DNA of 64,000 nucleotides from Minisyncoccales bacterium (GTDB lineage Bacteria; Patescibacteriota; Minisyncoccia; Minisyncoccales; JAGMDC01): NCBI GenBank assembly GCA_049642725.1, contig JBARPC010000027.1, positions 1,010 to 65,009 of the forward strand, read 5' to 3'. Shown piece by piece: positions 1 to 8,400 of this stretch (position 1 is its first letter; each line of letters starts with the position of its first letter). The notes under the pieces were generated by a model. It saw only the letters and a program-made list of their open reading frames with translations, ran no database searches and was not told where the DNA came from. The position numbers and the translations under genes were made by a program.

Positions 1-1830
1 AATGATGTTTTTAATGAGGAAGAAATAAGGAATTTTGATAAGAGAATGAAAAGAGAACTTGGTATTAAAGAAGTTGATTATACTGCTGAACTAAAAATTG
101 ATGGCATGCATATTATTTTATGTTACGAAAAAGGCGTTTTGAAAACCGGGGCAACCAGGGGCGATGGCAAAGTCGGTGAGGATGTCACCCAAAATCTAAA
201 AACCATTGAATCAATTCCTTTAAGTATTAAAGAAGATATTGACATTGTTGTTGAGGGTGAGATTTTTATGAGAAAATCAGTTTTTAATAAACTAAACGAA
301 AAAAGAAAAAAATTAAATCAACCATTATTTGCTAATCCCAGAAACGCGGCTGCTGGCGCCATTCGCCAGCTTGATTCCAAGATTGCCGCAGAACGTGAAC
401 TTGATTGCTTTGCTTATGATTATTCTTGGCCGGAAAAAGATATTCCTAATAGCCAGTTTGAAGAGTTAAAGAAATTAAGAGAGCTTGGTTTTAAAATAAA
501 TAAAAATTTTCAACATTGTCAAAATATAGATGAAGTAATTAAATTCTGGAAAGATTGGCAGAAAAAAAGAGAATTCCAGAATTTTTGGATTGATGGTGTA
601 GTAATAAAAGTAAATAAAAGAGAATTTCAGAACAAGCTTGGTTATACGGGTAAAGCGCCAAGATGGGCTATTGCTTTTAAATGGCCTGGTGAACAGGCAA
701 CCACGATTTTAGAAAAAGTGGTTTTTCAGATTGGCAGAACTGGAAAAATTACGCCAGTTGCCTGGTTAAAACCAGTTAATATTGGCGGCTCTTTTGTCTC
801 CAGAGCAACTTTACATAACGCTGATGAAATTAAGCGGCTGGGAGTAAAGATAAAAGATACTGTTATTGTTGAGAAAGCCGGCGATGTTATTCCTCATATC
901 ATCAAATTTTTACCAGAGCTAAGGCCTAAAAATGCCAAAAACATTGAAATGCCAAAGACCTGTCCTATTTGCGAATCAAAAGTGATTAGATTAGAAGGTG
1001 AAGTTGCTCATTATTGCTCAAATAGAAAATGCGGAGCCAGGCAAAAGAATAAACTTTCTTGGTTTGCTTCCAAAAAGGCATTTGACATTGAAGGATTAGG
1101 GCCAAAAATCATTGACCAATTAATGGACAAGGGATTAGTTTCAAACCCTGCTGATTTATTTACATTGAAAAAAGGAGATATAATTCCATTGGAAAGCTTG
1201 CCCCGTAGGAAGCCGAAGGCTTTCCTTCGGGGATTTGCTGAAAAATCATCTTTTAATTTAATAAGAGCAATTGAGAAAAGCAGGGCAATAACATTGCCGA
1301 AATTTATTGTTTCTTTAGGAATTAAATATGTTGGAGAAGAAACTGCTGCGCTGCTTTCGCAGCAAGTTCAAAGTTCAAAGTTCAAAGTTCAAAATTTAAG
1401 TGATTTAATTACTTTCTTTAAAAATATATCACAGGAAGAATTAGAAAGTATTGAGGGCATAGGATTAAAAGTAGCGAGCAGTATTACGGATTGGTTCTCT
1501 CAAAAAGAAAATATTGAATTATTAAAAGACTTAGAAAAAGCAGGAGTCAAGATAAAAAAAGAAAAACCTGCCCCGCATCGTCCGAGCGAAGCGAGGACTG
1601 GCGCAGGGTTGAAAGATAAGATATTTGTTTTTACTGGAGAAATGAAATCAATGTCAAGAGAAAAAGGAAAAGAAAAAGTAAAAGCATTGGGAGGAAAAAT
1701 TCCTAATTCCATAAGCAAAAATACTGATTTTCTGGTTTTAGGTCAAAACCCTGGTTCTAAGTATGAAAAAGCAAAAAATTTAGGAATAAAAATAATTTCT
1801 GAAAAAGAATTTTTAGACATTATTAAATGA
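1..1830 (+). CDS. ligA: NAD-dependent DNA ligase LigA (5' end lies upstream of window)
   Basis: Frame is open from base 1. Adenylation motif ELKIDG, Zn-finger cysteines (CPICES...C..RKC), HhH region and C-terminal BRCT (IFVFTGEM...GGK). The N-terminal ~100 aa typical of LigA are missing from the window. Confidence 0.95.
   Translation, partial: NDVFNEEEIRNFDKRMKRELGIKEVDYTAELKIDGMHIILCYEKGVLKTGATRGDGKVGEDVTQNLKTIESIPLSIKEDIDIVVEGEIFMRKSVFNKLNEKRKKLNQPLFANPRNAAAGAIRQLDSKIAAERELDCFAYDYSWPEKDIPNSQFEELKKLRELGFKINKNFQHCQNIDEVIKFWKDWQKKREFQNFWIDGVVIKVNKREFQNKLGYTGKAPRWAIAFKWPGEQATTILEKVVFQIGRTGKITPVAWLKPVNIGGSFVSRATLHNADEIKRLGVKIKDTVIVEKAGDVIPHIIKFLPELRPKNAKNIEMPKTCPICESKVIRLEGEVAHYCSNRKCGARQKNKLSWFASKKAFDIEGLGPKIIDQLMDKGLVSNPADLFTLKKGDIIPLESLPRRKPKAFLRGFAEKSSFNLIRAIEKSRAITLPKFIVSLGIKYVGEETAALLSQQVQSSKFKVQNLSDLITFFKNISQEELESIEGIGLKVASSITDWFSQKENIELLKDLEKAGVKIKKEKPAPHRPSEARTGAGLKDKIFVFTGEMKSMSREKGKEKVKALGGKIPNSISKNTDFLVLGQNPGSKYEKAKNLGIKIISEKEFLDIIK
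1364..1391 (+). repeat. Tandem heptamer array (AAGTTCA)x4 inside ligA
   Basis: Read directly. Encodes part of QVQSSKFKVQNL. Confidence 0.9.
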
Positions 1831-2936
1831 CAAAAAATTTCATTAATCATTTAAAAAAGTTAGATTGGATTTTGATTATTTCTGCTCTTCTTCTGGTATT
1901 TATCGGACTCTTGTCTCTTTATAGTTCTTCATTGGGCAGAGATAGTTTTTTAAATTTTCAAAAACAAATTATTTTTTTTGGCATAGGATTATTTTTAATG
2001 TTTCTTGTTTCTTTTTTTGATTACAGGATTATTAAAAATAGTCCTTATTTAATTTTAATTTTTTATTCTCTTTGTTGTTTAGCTTTAGTAGGTCTATTTT
2101 TCTTTGCCCCGGAGATAAGAGGCAGCAGGGGCTGGTATCGGCTGGGAGGAATTTCTCTTGACCCAATAGAATTTACAAAGATTGCTTTAATTATTTTATT
2201 GGCAAAATATTTTTCTATGAGGCATATTGAAATGTACGGCTTAAGGCATATTTTGATTTCTAGCGTTTATTTTCTCATTCCAGCTGCTTTAATTTTTTTC
2301 CAGCCCGATTTGGGTTCAATTTTAATTCTGCTTTGTTTATGGGTTGGTATTTTAATTATTTCCAGTATTAAATTAAAACATTTTTTGATTTTAATTTTTT
2401 GCGGTATTTTAATTTTTACCATAAGTTGGTCTTTTCTGCTTAAAGATTATCAAAAGGCAAGGATTTTGAGTTTTATTCAGCCGCAGATAGAACCATTAGG
2501 CGTGGGTTGGAGCCAGAATCAATCCAGAATCGCTATTGGCTCTGGCGGTTTTTTGGGACAGGGCATTGGTCAGGGTTCCCAAACCCAATACGGCTTTTTA
2601 CCAGAACCGCAAACAGATTTTATTTTTGCTTCTATTGCCGAAGAAATGGGATTAATGGGTGTAGTTATTTTATCAGCATTGTTTTTAATAGTTCTTTTCC
2701 GTATTTTTAAGATCGCTATAGTAAGCTCAAGTAATTTCCAACGGCTTTTTGCTTCAGGATTAGGCATTATTTTAATGGCTCAAATTTTTATTAATATTGG
2801 CATGAATTTAGGGCTTTTGCCTATTATTGGCATTTCCCTGCCTTTTATTAGTTATGGCGGCAATAATTTGGTCTTAACTTTTTTAGCCTTAGGAATTCTG
2901 CAAAACATATATTCACAAAAACAAAAAGGAGACTAA
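1827..2936 (+). CDS. SEDS-family peptidoglycan glycosyltransferase (FtsW/RodA/SpoVE)
   Basis: Multi-pass membrane protein with SEDS signatures (IGSGGFLGQG, PEPQTDFIFA, SLPFISYGG). ATGA overlap with the ligA stop. Confidence 0.9.
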   Translation: MTKNFINHLKKLDWILIISALLLVFIGLLSLYSSSLGRDSFLNFQKQIIFFGIGLFLMFLVSFFDYRIIKNSPYLILIFYSLCCLALVGLFFFAPEIRGSRGWYRLGGISLDPIEFTKIALIILLAKYFSMRHIEMYGLRHILISSVYFLIPAALIFFQPDLGSILILLCLWVGILIISSIKLKHFLILIFCGILIFTISWSFLLKDYQKARILSFIQPQIEPLGVGWSQNQSRIAIGSGGFLGQGIGQGSQTQYGFLPEPQTDFIFASIAEEMGLMGVVILSALFLIVLFRIFKIAIVSSSNFQRLFASGLGIILMAQIFINIGMNLGLLPIIGISLPFISYGGNNLVLTFLALGILQNIYSQKQKGD

Positions 2937-2985
2937 CTCCTGTAAGCTCCTTTAAATTTTTAGGATAAAATGATAAGATAATTAT

Positions 2986-5517
2986 ATGAATAACAATTCA
3001 GAAAAAGAAAAACCAAAAGAAAAAATAGCTGAAATTGGTTATATAAAGCCCAGAGAAATTACTGAAGAAATGAAAGAATCATATATTGGTTATGCTATGT
3101 CAGTAATTATTTCTCGAGCTTTGCCTGATGTCAGGGACGGTTTAAAACCAGTTCACCGTCGAATTTTGTATGTAATGCTTGAGGATGGATTAAAGCATGA
3201 TGCTAAATTTAGAAAATCAGCTAATGTAGTTGGTTTGGCATTGGCTCGCTATCATCCGCATGGCGACCAGGCAGTTTATGATTCCTTGGTGAGAATGGCT
3301 CAGGATTTTTCTTTGAGATACCCTTTAATTAAAGGCCAAGGAAATTTTGGGAGTATCGATGGGGACCCTGCGTCAGCCATGAGATATTCAGAAGCCAAGC
3401 TTTCAAAAATCGGTGAAGAAATGCTTAAAGATATTTCAAGAGATACTGTTGATTTTAGGGATAACTATGACGGCACGAGAAAAGAGCCAACGGTTTTACC
3501 ATCGCCGATGCCTCAGCTTTTATTAAACGGTTCTTTAGGTATTGCCGTAGGCATGGCTACTAATATTCCGCCCCATAATCTGTCAGAAGTGGCAAATGCA
3601 GCTATTCATTTAATTGATAATCCAGAGGCAACAACAGAAGATATTTTTGAATTTATTAAGGGGCCGGATTTTCCCACTGGCGGCATAATTTACAATAGAA
3701 AAGAAATCATTACTGCTTATTCCCAGGGTAATGGTCCTATAGTGATAAGAGGCAAAACAGAAATATCTGAAGATAAAAAAGGCAGGAACAGGATTTTAAT
3801 TACAGAAATTCCCTATCAGGTTCAGAAATCGTCTTTAGTGGAACAGTTTGCCAAGCTGGTTCAAGAGAAAAAAATCACTGGCGTTAAAGATATCAGGGAC
3901 GAATCAGACAGGGAAGGCATGAGAATTGTTATTGAGCTTCAGCGAGATGCTTTTCCCCAGAAAATTCTCAATCGGCTTTATAAATTTTCCGACCTTCAAA
4001 AGACATTTCATCTTAATATGCTGGCTTTAGTGGACGGTATTCAGCCAAAAGTTTTGTCGCTTGTAGAAGTTTTAAATTATTTTATAATTCACAGAAAAGA
4101 AGTAGTGACAAGAAGAGCCAAATATGATTTACGCAAAGCAAAAGAAAGGGCGCATATTTTGGAAGGTTTGCATAAATGCCTGTCAAAGATTGATGCGGTG
4201 ATTAAAACCATTAAGGCGTCGGCTAATCGGGAAGATGCGCTGAAGAATTTAATGAAAAAATTCAAGCTTACTGAAATTCAGGCAAACGCTATTTTAGAGA
4301 CAAAACTCTCTGCTCTGGCAAAACTGGAAAGAAAGAAAATTGAGGAAGAGTTGGCAGAAAAGGGAAAATTAATAAAAGAATTAGAATCTATTTTAAAAAG
4401 TCCGCAAAAAATTAAAGAGTTAATTAAAAAAGAACTTAGAGAAATAATTGAAAACTTCGGGGACGAAAGAAGAACTAAAGTTGTTGTTCAGCAAGTCGGC
4501 GAAATTGCTGAAGAGGATTTAATTCCCCAAGAAGAAACAATTATTACCTTAACGCAGGGCGGTTATATTAAAAGAGTAAATCCTAATATCTACAAAATTC
4601 AAAAGAGGGGGGGCAAAGGCATTATGGGAATGAAAACCATGGGAGAAGATATAGTAGAGCATTTTCTTTTTTGCCAGACCCATGATGAACTTCTTTTCTT
4701 TACTGATTCAGGAAAAGTTTTTAAAATTCCTGCTTATGAGGTTCCCGAGGGGACAAGGGTTGCTAAAGGCAGGGGTATTTTGAATTTCTTGGAACTTACT
4801 CCGCAAGATAAGATTTTATCCATTCTTCATTTTAAGAAAAATGGAAATCAAGAAAATGGAATGAAGTATTTAGCAATGGCTACAAAAAATGGTATAGTAA
4901 AGAAAACAGCTTTAAGCGAGTTTGAAAATGTAAGAAGGTCAGGTTTAATTGCTATTAACCTTAAAAAAGGAGATTTGCTTAGAAGTGTGAGTAGAACCTC
5001 TGGTCAAGACGAAGTAATTTTAATTACAAAAAAAGGACAGTCAATTAAATTTAAAGAAGATAATGTTAGAGTTATGGGCAGGACAGCTGCTGGGGTGACC
5101 GGAATAAGATTAAAAAAAGATGACGAATTAATTGGAATGGACGTTATTCACCCCGTTAAATTGTCCGCCGAAGGCGAACACCTCGCAAAGCGAGGATTTA
5201 ACAGGGTAAAAACACAAAATTATCTTTTGGTAGTAAGCGAGAACGGGTATGGGAAGAGGACTGATTTAAAAGAATACAGATTGCAGACAAGAGGCGGCTC
5301 TGGCATAAAAACAGCTAATATTACTGAAAAAACAGGAGATTTAGTTGCCTCTAAAGTTCTTTCTGGAGAGGAAGAAGATCTAATTGTTATTTCCAGAAAA
5401 GGCCAGATTATCAGAACTGCTATTGATTCTATTTCTATAATCAGCAGGTCAACGCAGGGCGTAAGAATAATGCGCTTAGATAAAGGAGATAAAGTAGTAT
5501 CAGGGGAATGTATCTAA
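2986..5517 (+). CDS. gyrA: DNA gyrase subunit A
   Basis: GyrA N-terminal signature ([36 protein letters not shown]) and C-terminal beta-pinwheel repeats. Confidence 0.97.
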   Translation: MNNNSEKEKPKEKIAEIGYIKPREITEEMKESYIGYAMSVIISRALPDVRDGLKPVHRRILYVMLEDGLKHDAKFRKSANVVGLALARYHPHGDQAVYDSLVRMAQDFSLRYPLIKGQGNFGSIDGDPASAMRYSEAKLSKIGEEMLKDISRDTVDFRDNYDGTRKEPTVLPSPMPQLLLNGSLGIAVGMATNIPPHNLSEVANAAIHLIDNPEATTEDIFEFIKGPDFPTGGIIYNRKEIITAYSQGNGPIVIRGKTEISEDKKGRNRILITEIPYQVQKSSLVEQFAKLVQEKKITGVKDIRDESDREGMRIVIELQRDAFPQKILNRLYKFSDLQKTFHLNMLALVDGIQPKVLSLVEVLNYFIIHRKEVVTRRAKYDLRKAKERAHILEGLHKCLSKIDAVIKTIKASANREDALKNLMKKFKLTEIQANAILETKLSALAKLERKKIEEELAEKGKLIKELESILKSPQKIKELIKKELREIIENFGDERRTKVVVQQVGEIAEEDLIPQEETIITLTQGGYIKRVNPNIYKIQKRGGKGIMGMKTMGEDIVEHFLFCQTHDELLFFTDSGKVFKIPAYEVPEGTRVAKGRGILNFLELTPQDKILSILHFKKNGNQENGMKYLAMATKNGIVKKTALSEFENVRRSGLIAINLKKGDLLRSVSRTSGQDEVILITKKGQSIKFKEDNVRVMGRTAAGVTGIRLKKDDELIGMDVIHPVKLSAEGEHLAKRGFNRVKTQNYLLVVSENGYGKRTDLKEYRLQTRGGSGIKTANITEKTGDLVASKVLSGEEEDLIVISRKGQIIRTAIDSISIISRSTQGVRIMRLDKGDKVVSGECI

Positions 5518-5528
5518 CTTAATTATTC

Positions 5529-5655
5529 GGGAATACAACTTTTAGGATACGTTCGCTCGCCCAGCGCGCTCGCTAACTCATGTCCTCGCCTCGCTCTCTC
5601 GCTGCGCTCGAACCAAGCCTGCTCGGCTGCGGAAGCTCCTAAATGTTATATTCCC
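5529..5655. repeat. GC-rich core closed by 19-bp AT-rich inverted arms (gyrA-methyltransferase spacer)
   Basis: GGGAATACAACTTTTAGGA ... TCCTAAATGTTATATTCCC around an ~90-nt CGCTCGC-rich core. Confidence 0.7.
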
Positions 5656-5670
5656 TCATTTATATATTTT

Positions 5671-6186
5671 ATGTTAAGCTTTATAAACCCAGAACAAATT
5701 ATAAAAAATCTTAGATTACGCAAGGATATGGTTGCAGTGGATTTTGGCTGCGGTTCTGGTTCTTGGGCATTACCTTTGGCTGAAAGATTAGAAGATGGCA
5801 AGGTGATAGCCATAGATGTATTAGAAGAGCCATTATCTGCTTTGCAGGGCAAAGCAAAAGCCAAAAATTTGGATAATGTTGAAATAATTTTAGCTGACAT
5901 AGAGAGAAGTTCTAAACTTGAAGATGAAATTGCTGATTTTGTCCTAATGACAGATCTTTTATTTGAAGTTGATGATGTTAATGCGGTTTTAAAAGAAGGG
6001 AAAAGAGTTCTTAAAAAAGAAGGAAGAATTTTAGTGGTGGATTGGAAAAAAGACGTTGCTTTGGGGCCAAAAGATGGCAGGGTTTTGCCAAGCGAAATTA
6101 AAAAAATCGCTAAAGAGCTAAGTTTAAGGTTGGATAAAGAATTTGACGCCGGCATTTACCACTTTGCTTTATTATTTGAAAAATAG
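5671..6186 (+). CDS. Class I SAM-dependent methyltransferase
   Basis: SAM-binding motif VDFGCGSG and an acidic loop. The antisense ORF 5646..6155 has low-complexity Ser/Leu content and is judged spurious. Confidence 0.75.
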   Translation: MLSFINPEQIIKNLRLRKDMVAVDFGCGSGSWALPLAERLEDGKVIAIDVLEEPLSALQGKAKAKNLDNVEIILADIERSSKLEDEIADFVLMTDLLFEVDDVNAVLKEGKRVLKKEGRILVVDWKKDVALGPKDGRVLPSEIKKIAKELSLRLDKEFDAGIYHFALLFEK

Positions 6187-6209
6187 TATAATTTGTTAAT
6201 TATAGCTCC

Positions 6210-6285
6210 GAAAACAAGATTTTTCAGTTGTTTCCCCCTTCGGGCTTCGCCACGCCCACACCCCACAACTGAAAAATCTGTTTTC
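6210..6285. repeat. GC-rich core closed by 20/21-bp AT-rich inverted arms, upstream of the pilin cluster
   Basis: GAAAACAAGATTTTTCAGTTG ... CAACTGAAAAATCTGTTTTC around TTTCCCCCTTCGGGCTTCGCCACGCCCACACCCCA. Confidence 0.75.
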
Positions 6286-6299
6286 TTCACTAGAAACTA

Positions 6300-6623
6300 A
6301 TGAGAAAATCTTTATTCATACTATCAGCAGGATTCATTCTTTTTACACCATTAATAATTCAAGGTGTAGAGATAGAAAATCCTTTAGATTGTGCTACTAT
6401 TGACTGCATAATTATTTCTATTGTAAGTTTTATTTTTTATATTGCTTTAGCAATTGCGCCGATAATGTTTATTATTGCCGGCCTCGCCTTTGTTACTGCC
6501 GCTGGCGATCCAGTAAAAATTCAGAAAGCTAAAGATATTGTCCTATGGACAGTTATAGGTTTAGTCATTGTGTTGCTGTCCTATGGAATAATTAATGTAA
6601 TCAAGGAAATTTTTACAGGATAA
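6300..6623 (+). CDS. Small VirB2/TrbC-like (type IV secretion-type) pilin, paralogue 1
   Basis: 107 aa with a signal peptide, two hydrophobic helices and the loop motif AAGDPxKIxKAKD typical of VirB2/TrbC-like pilins common in CPR genomes (from memory of the family, no search run). Confidence 0.6.
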   Translation: MRKSLFILSAGFILFTPLIIQGVEIENPLDCATIDCIIISIVSFIFYIALAIAPIMFIIAGLAFVTAAGDPVKIQKAKDIVLWTVIGLVIVLLSYGIINVIKEIFTG

Positions 6624-6636
6624 TTTTAACCAATTT

Positions 6637-7728
6637 ATGAAAAAAATATTTTTTATACTAATTATAAGTTTTTTCTTTCTGTTTAATTTTTGGGTAATAG
6701 CAGAAGCGAAAGATTGTGATGCAGGAGATCTGGTTTGTGGCGGGGTGGCTGAATGTGAAGAAACTGCAACTCAAGATGGATGTTTAGCAGATTGCAGTGT
6801 TGGGGAAGGTTTTGGCGGTTGGGCTTGGCCCAAGTGTGATTGTAATCTTAAAACAGAAGCAGAAAGTGATTGCTGGTGTGAGTGTAATGAACAGTGTGCA
6901 GACGACTGGTGTAAAAGTTTGGGTCGCGCTAAGGGAATATGTAAAGACAGTAAAGGGCATTGTTGTGATGCTACAGAAACAAATTGTGATATTGATTCAG
7001 ATGATGAAGATTGTGATGGCAAATTAAATTGTAACGATAAAGAAGATTGCGAAGGTGAGATTTGTGATACAAATAAAGTATGCAAGAATGGCGCCTGCGT
7101 TGAGAAAAAGCCAGCCTGTGTTACTGATTGCCAGCAGGTAACTCAAACTTGTCTTTGCGGCAGTAAAGAAACAGAAGTAGAAAGCGGAGAGTTTTGTTGT
7201 ATTGCCTTAAGTAAAAGATATACTTTAAAAACAGATTGTGAAAAACAATGTGAACAGGTCTGTCCAGAAGATTGTGATAATTTAGCGCCTGTGCCTTGTT
7301 ATTGTGATTCAAAATTAATTGAAGTTGATGAGGAGAAATATTGTTACGGAGGCAAAGTTTATACTGAACAAGAAAAATGTAAAGAAGATGAGGCAGCGCC
7401 TCCGGAAGAAGAAAAACCGCCAGGATTTTTTGTTTGTCCAGGAGATAGAGCAGAATGCCCCGAAGGATCATTTTGTATTGAAAATCCTTTATGCGCTGAA
7501 ACTTTTGAGCAGCTTATAAATGCAATTGTTAATTTTATTTTTTATATTGCTTTAGCAATTGCGCCGATAATGTTTATTATTGCCGGCTTGGCTTTTATTA
7601 CGGCAGCAGGCGACCCGGCTAAAATTAAAACAGCTAAAGATATTGCCTTATGGACAGCAATAGGTTTAATAGTTGTTTTGCTTGCTACTGGAATAATTAA
7701 AGTAATTCAGGAAATTTTCAGTGGATAG
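6637..7728 (+). CDS. Cysteine-rich acidic secreted domain fused to a C-terminal VirB2/TrbC-like pilin module, paralogue 2
   Basis: Signal peptide, then a ~270-aa region with about 40 Cys and many Asp/Glu. The C-terminal ~75 aa are nearly identical to paralogue 1 (FIFYIALAIAPIMFIIAGLAFxTAAGDP), and 55 nt are identical at the DNA level. Confidence 0.6.
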   Translation: MKKIFFILIISFFFLFNFWVIAEAKDCDAGDLVCGGVAECEETATQDGCLADCSVGEGFGGWAWPKCDCNLKTEAESDCWCECNEQCADDWCKSLGRAKGICKDSKGHCCDATETNCDIDSDDEDCDGKLNCNDKEDCEGEICDTNKVCKNGACVEKKPACVTDCQQVTQTCLCGSKETEVESGEFCCIALSKRYTLKTDCEKQCEQVCPEDCDNLAPVPCYCDSKLIEVDEEKYCYGGKVYTEQEKCKEDEAAPPEEEKPPGFFVCPGDRAECPEGSFCIENPLCAETFEQLINAIVNFIFYIALAIAPIMFIIAGLAFITAAGDPAKIKTAKDIALWTAIGLIVVLLATGIIKVIQEIFSG

Positions 7729-7755
7729 CTTGAAAATTTGAAAAGGTCGAAAAAA

Positions 7756-7779
7756 ATGGAGGTTGAACCTCCTAAAATT
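7756..7779 (+). promoter_or_regulatory. 24-nt hairpin/mini-ORF module, copy 1 (upstream of pilin paralogue 3)
   Basis: ATGGAGGTTGAACCTCCTAAAATT is identical to 56166..56189 and contains the palindrome GGAGGTTGAACCTCC. Confidence 0.7.
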
Positions 7780-7794
7780 TAATAAATTGTTTTT

Positions 7795-8121
7795 ATGAAA
7801 AAAATTATTTCCGCATTAGTTTTAGTAGGTTTTCTGGTTTTACCGTTAGGAATTTTGGCGTATACTGAACCAACGCTTCCAACTACAGAACTAGATGAAG
7901 CTCTTGTAAATATTACGAATTTTATGTTTTGGCTTTTAATGGCTGTAGCAGTAATATTTTTGATTGCCGCTGGTATTAGTTTTATTACTGCCGGAGGAGA
8001 CCCAGAAAAAGTGAAGAAAGCCCGCGATTATGTTTTATATGCCTTGATAGGAGTAGTAGTGGGTGTAATGGCTAAAGGACTTACGACTTTTTTACGGGCA
8101 ATAATCGAGGGAACAACATAA
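7795..8121 (+). CDS. Small VirB2/TrbC-like pilin, paralogue 3
   Basis: 108 aa with a signal peptide and the same two-helix layout with TAGGDPEKVKKARD in the loop. Confidence 0.55.
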   Translation: MKKIISALVLVGFLVLPLGILAYTEPTLPTTELDEALVNITNFMFWLLMAVAVIFLIAAGISFITAGGDPEKVKKARDYVLYALIGVVVGVMAKGLTTFLRAIIEGTT

Positions 8122-8284
8122 TCTAAATACTTTGGTAGAGACAAGTTTTTAGGAATTACTTTATCAATCCATACTGCTTTTAGAGCAGGTGGGTTGATTT
8201 TTTGTTTAAAAGCGATAGGATAATAAATAAGAACCTGCCCTTCGGGCAGAACCTTGATTTTCACGGTTACGCCGTGAAATATAA

Positions 8285-8366
8285 GCCGCGGTGGCGGAAC
8301 TGGCAGACGCGCTGGGTTTAGGACCCAGTGGGGCAACCCGTGAGAGTTCAAATCTCTCCTGCGGCA
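8285..8366 (+). tRNA. tRNA-Leu (anticodon TAG)
   Basis: Manual cloverleaf: acceptor GCCGCGG/CTGCGGC, anticodon arm CTGGG-TTTAGGA-CCCAG, long variable arm, T-loop GTTCAAATC. CCA is not encoded. Confidence 0.85.
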
Positions 8367-8371
8367 CAATC

Positions 8372-8398
8372 AAAAAAAGGAGCTAAGCTCCCTTTTTT
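8372..8398. terminator. Bidirectional rho-independent terminator hairpin
   Basis: A-run, GGAGC-taa-GCTCC, T-run, between the convergent tRNA-Leu and hsp20. The same AGGAGCTAAGCTCCT hairpin recurs at about 56709..56723. Confidence 0.6.
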
Positions 8399-8400
8399 AG

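Noticed and set aside
5646-6155. Long antisense ORFs opposite real genes: 5646..6155 (169 aa), 22054..22605 (183 aa), 27093..27665 (190 aa), 57577..58050 (157 aa), 59918..60352 (144 aa), 31537..31980 (147 aa).
   Set aside because: Each lies opposite a gene with unambiguous family motifs (methyltransferase, FtsH, RpoB, thioredoxin-membrane protein, permease, RpoC). Each also has low-complexity Ser/Leu/Pro/Phe-rich composition, typical of the mirror frame of AT-rich coding sequence.
8028-8369. 113-aa minus-strand ORF, together with ORFs 19441..19701 and 20872..21201.
   Set aside because: They run through tRNA genes (Leu-TAG, Leu-GAG, Val/Ile) and terminator hairpins. The tRNA cloverleaves explain the sequence.
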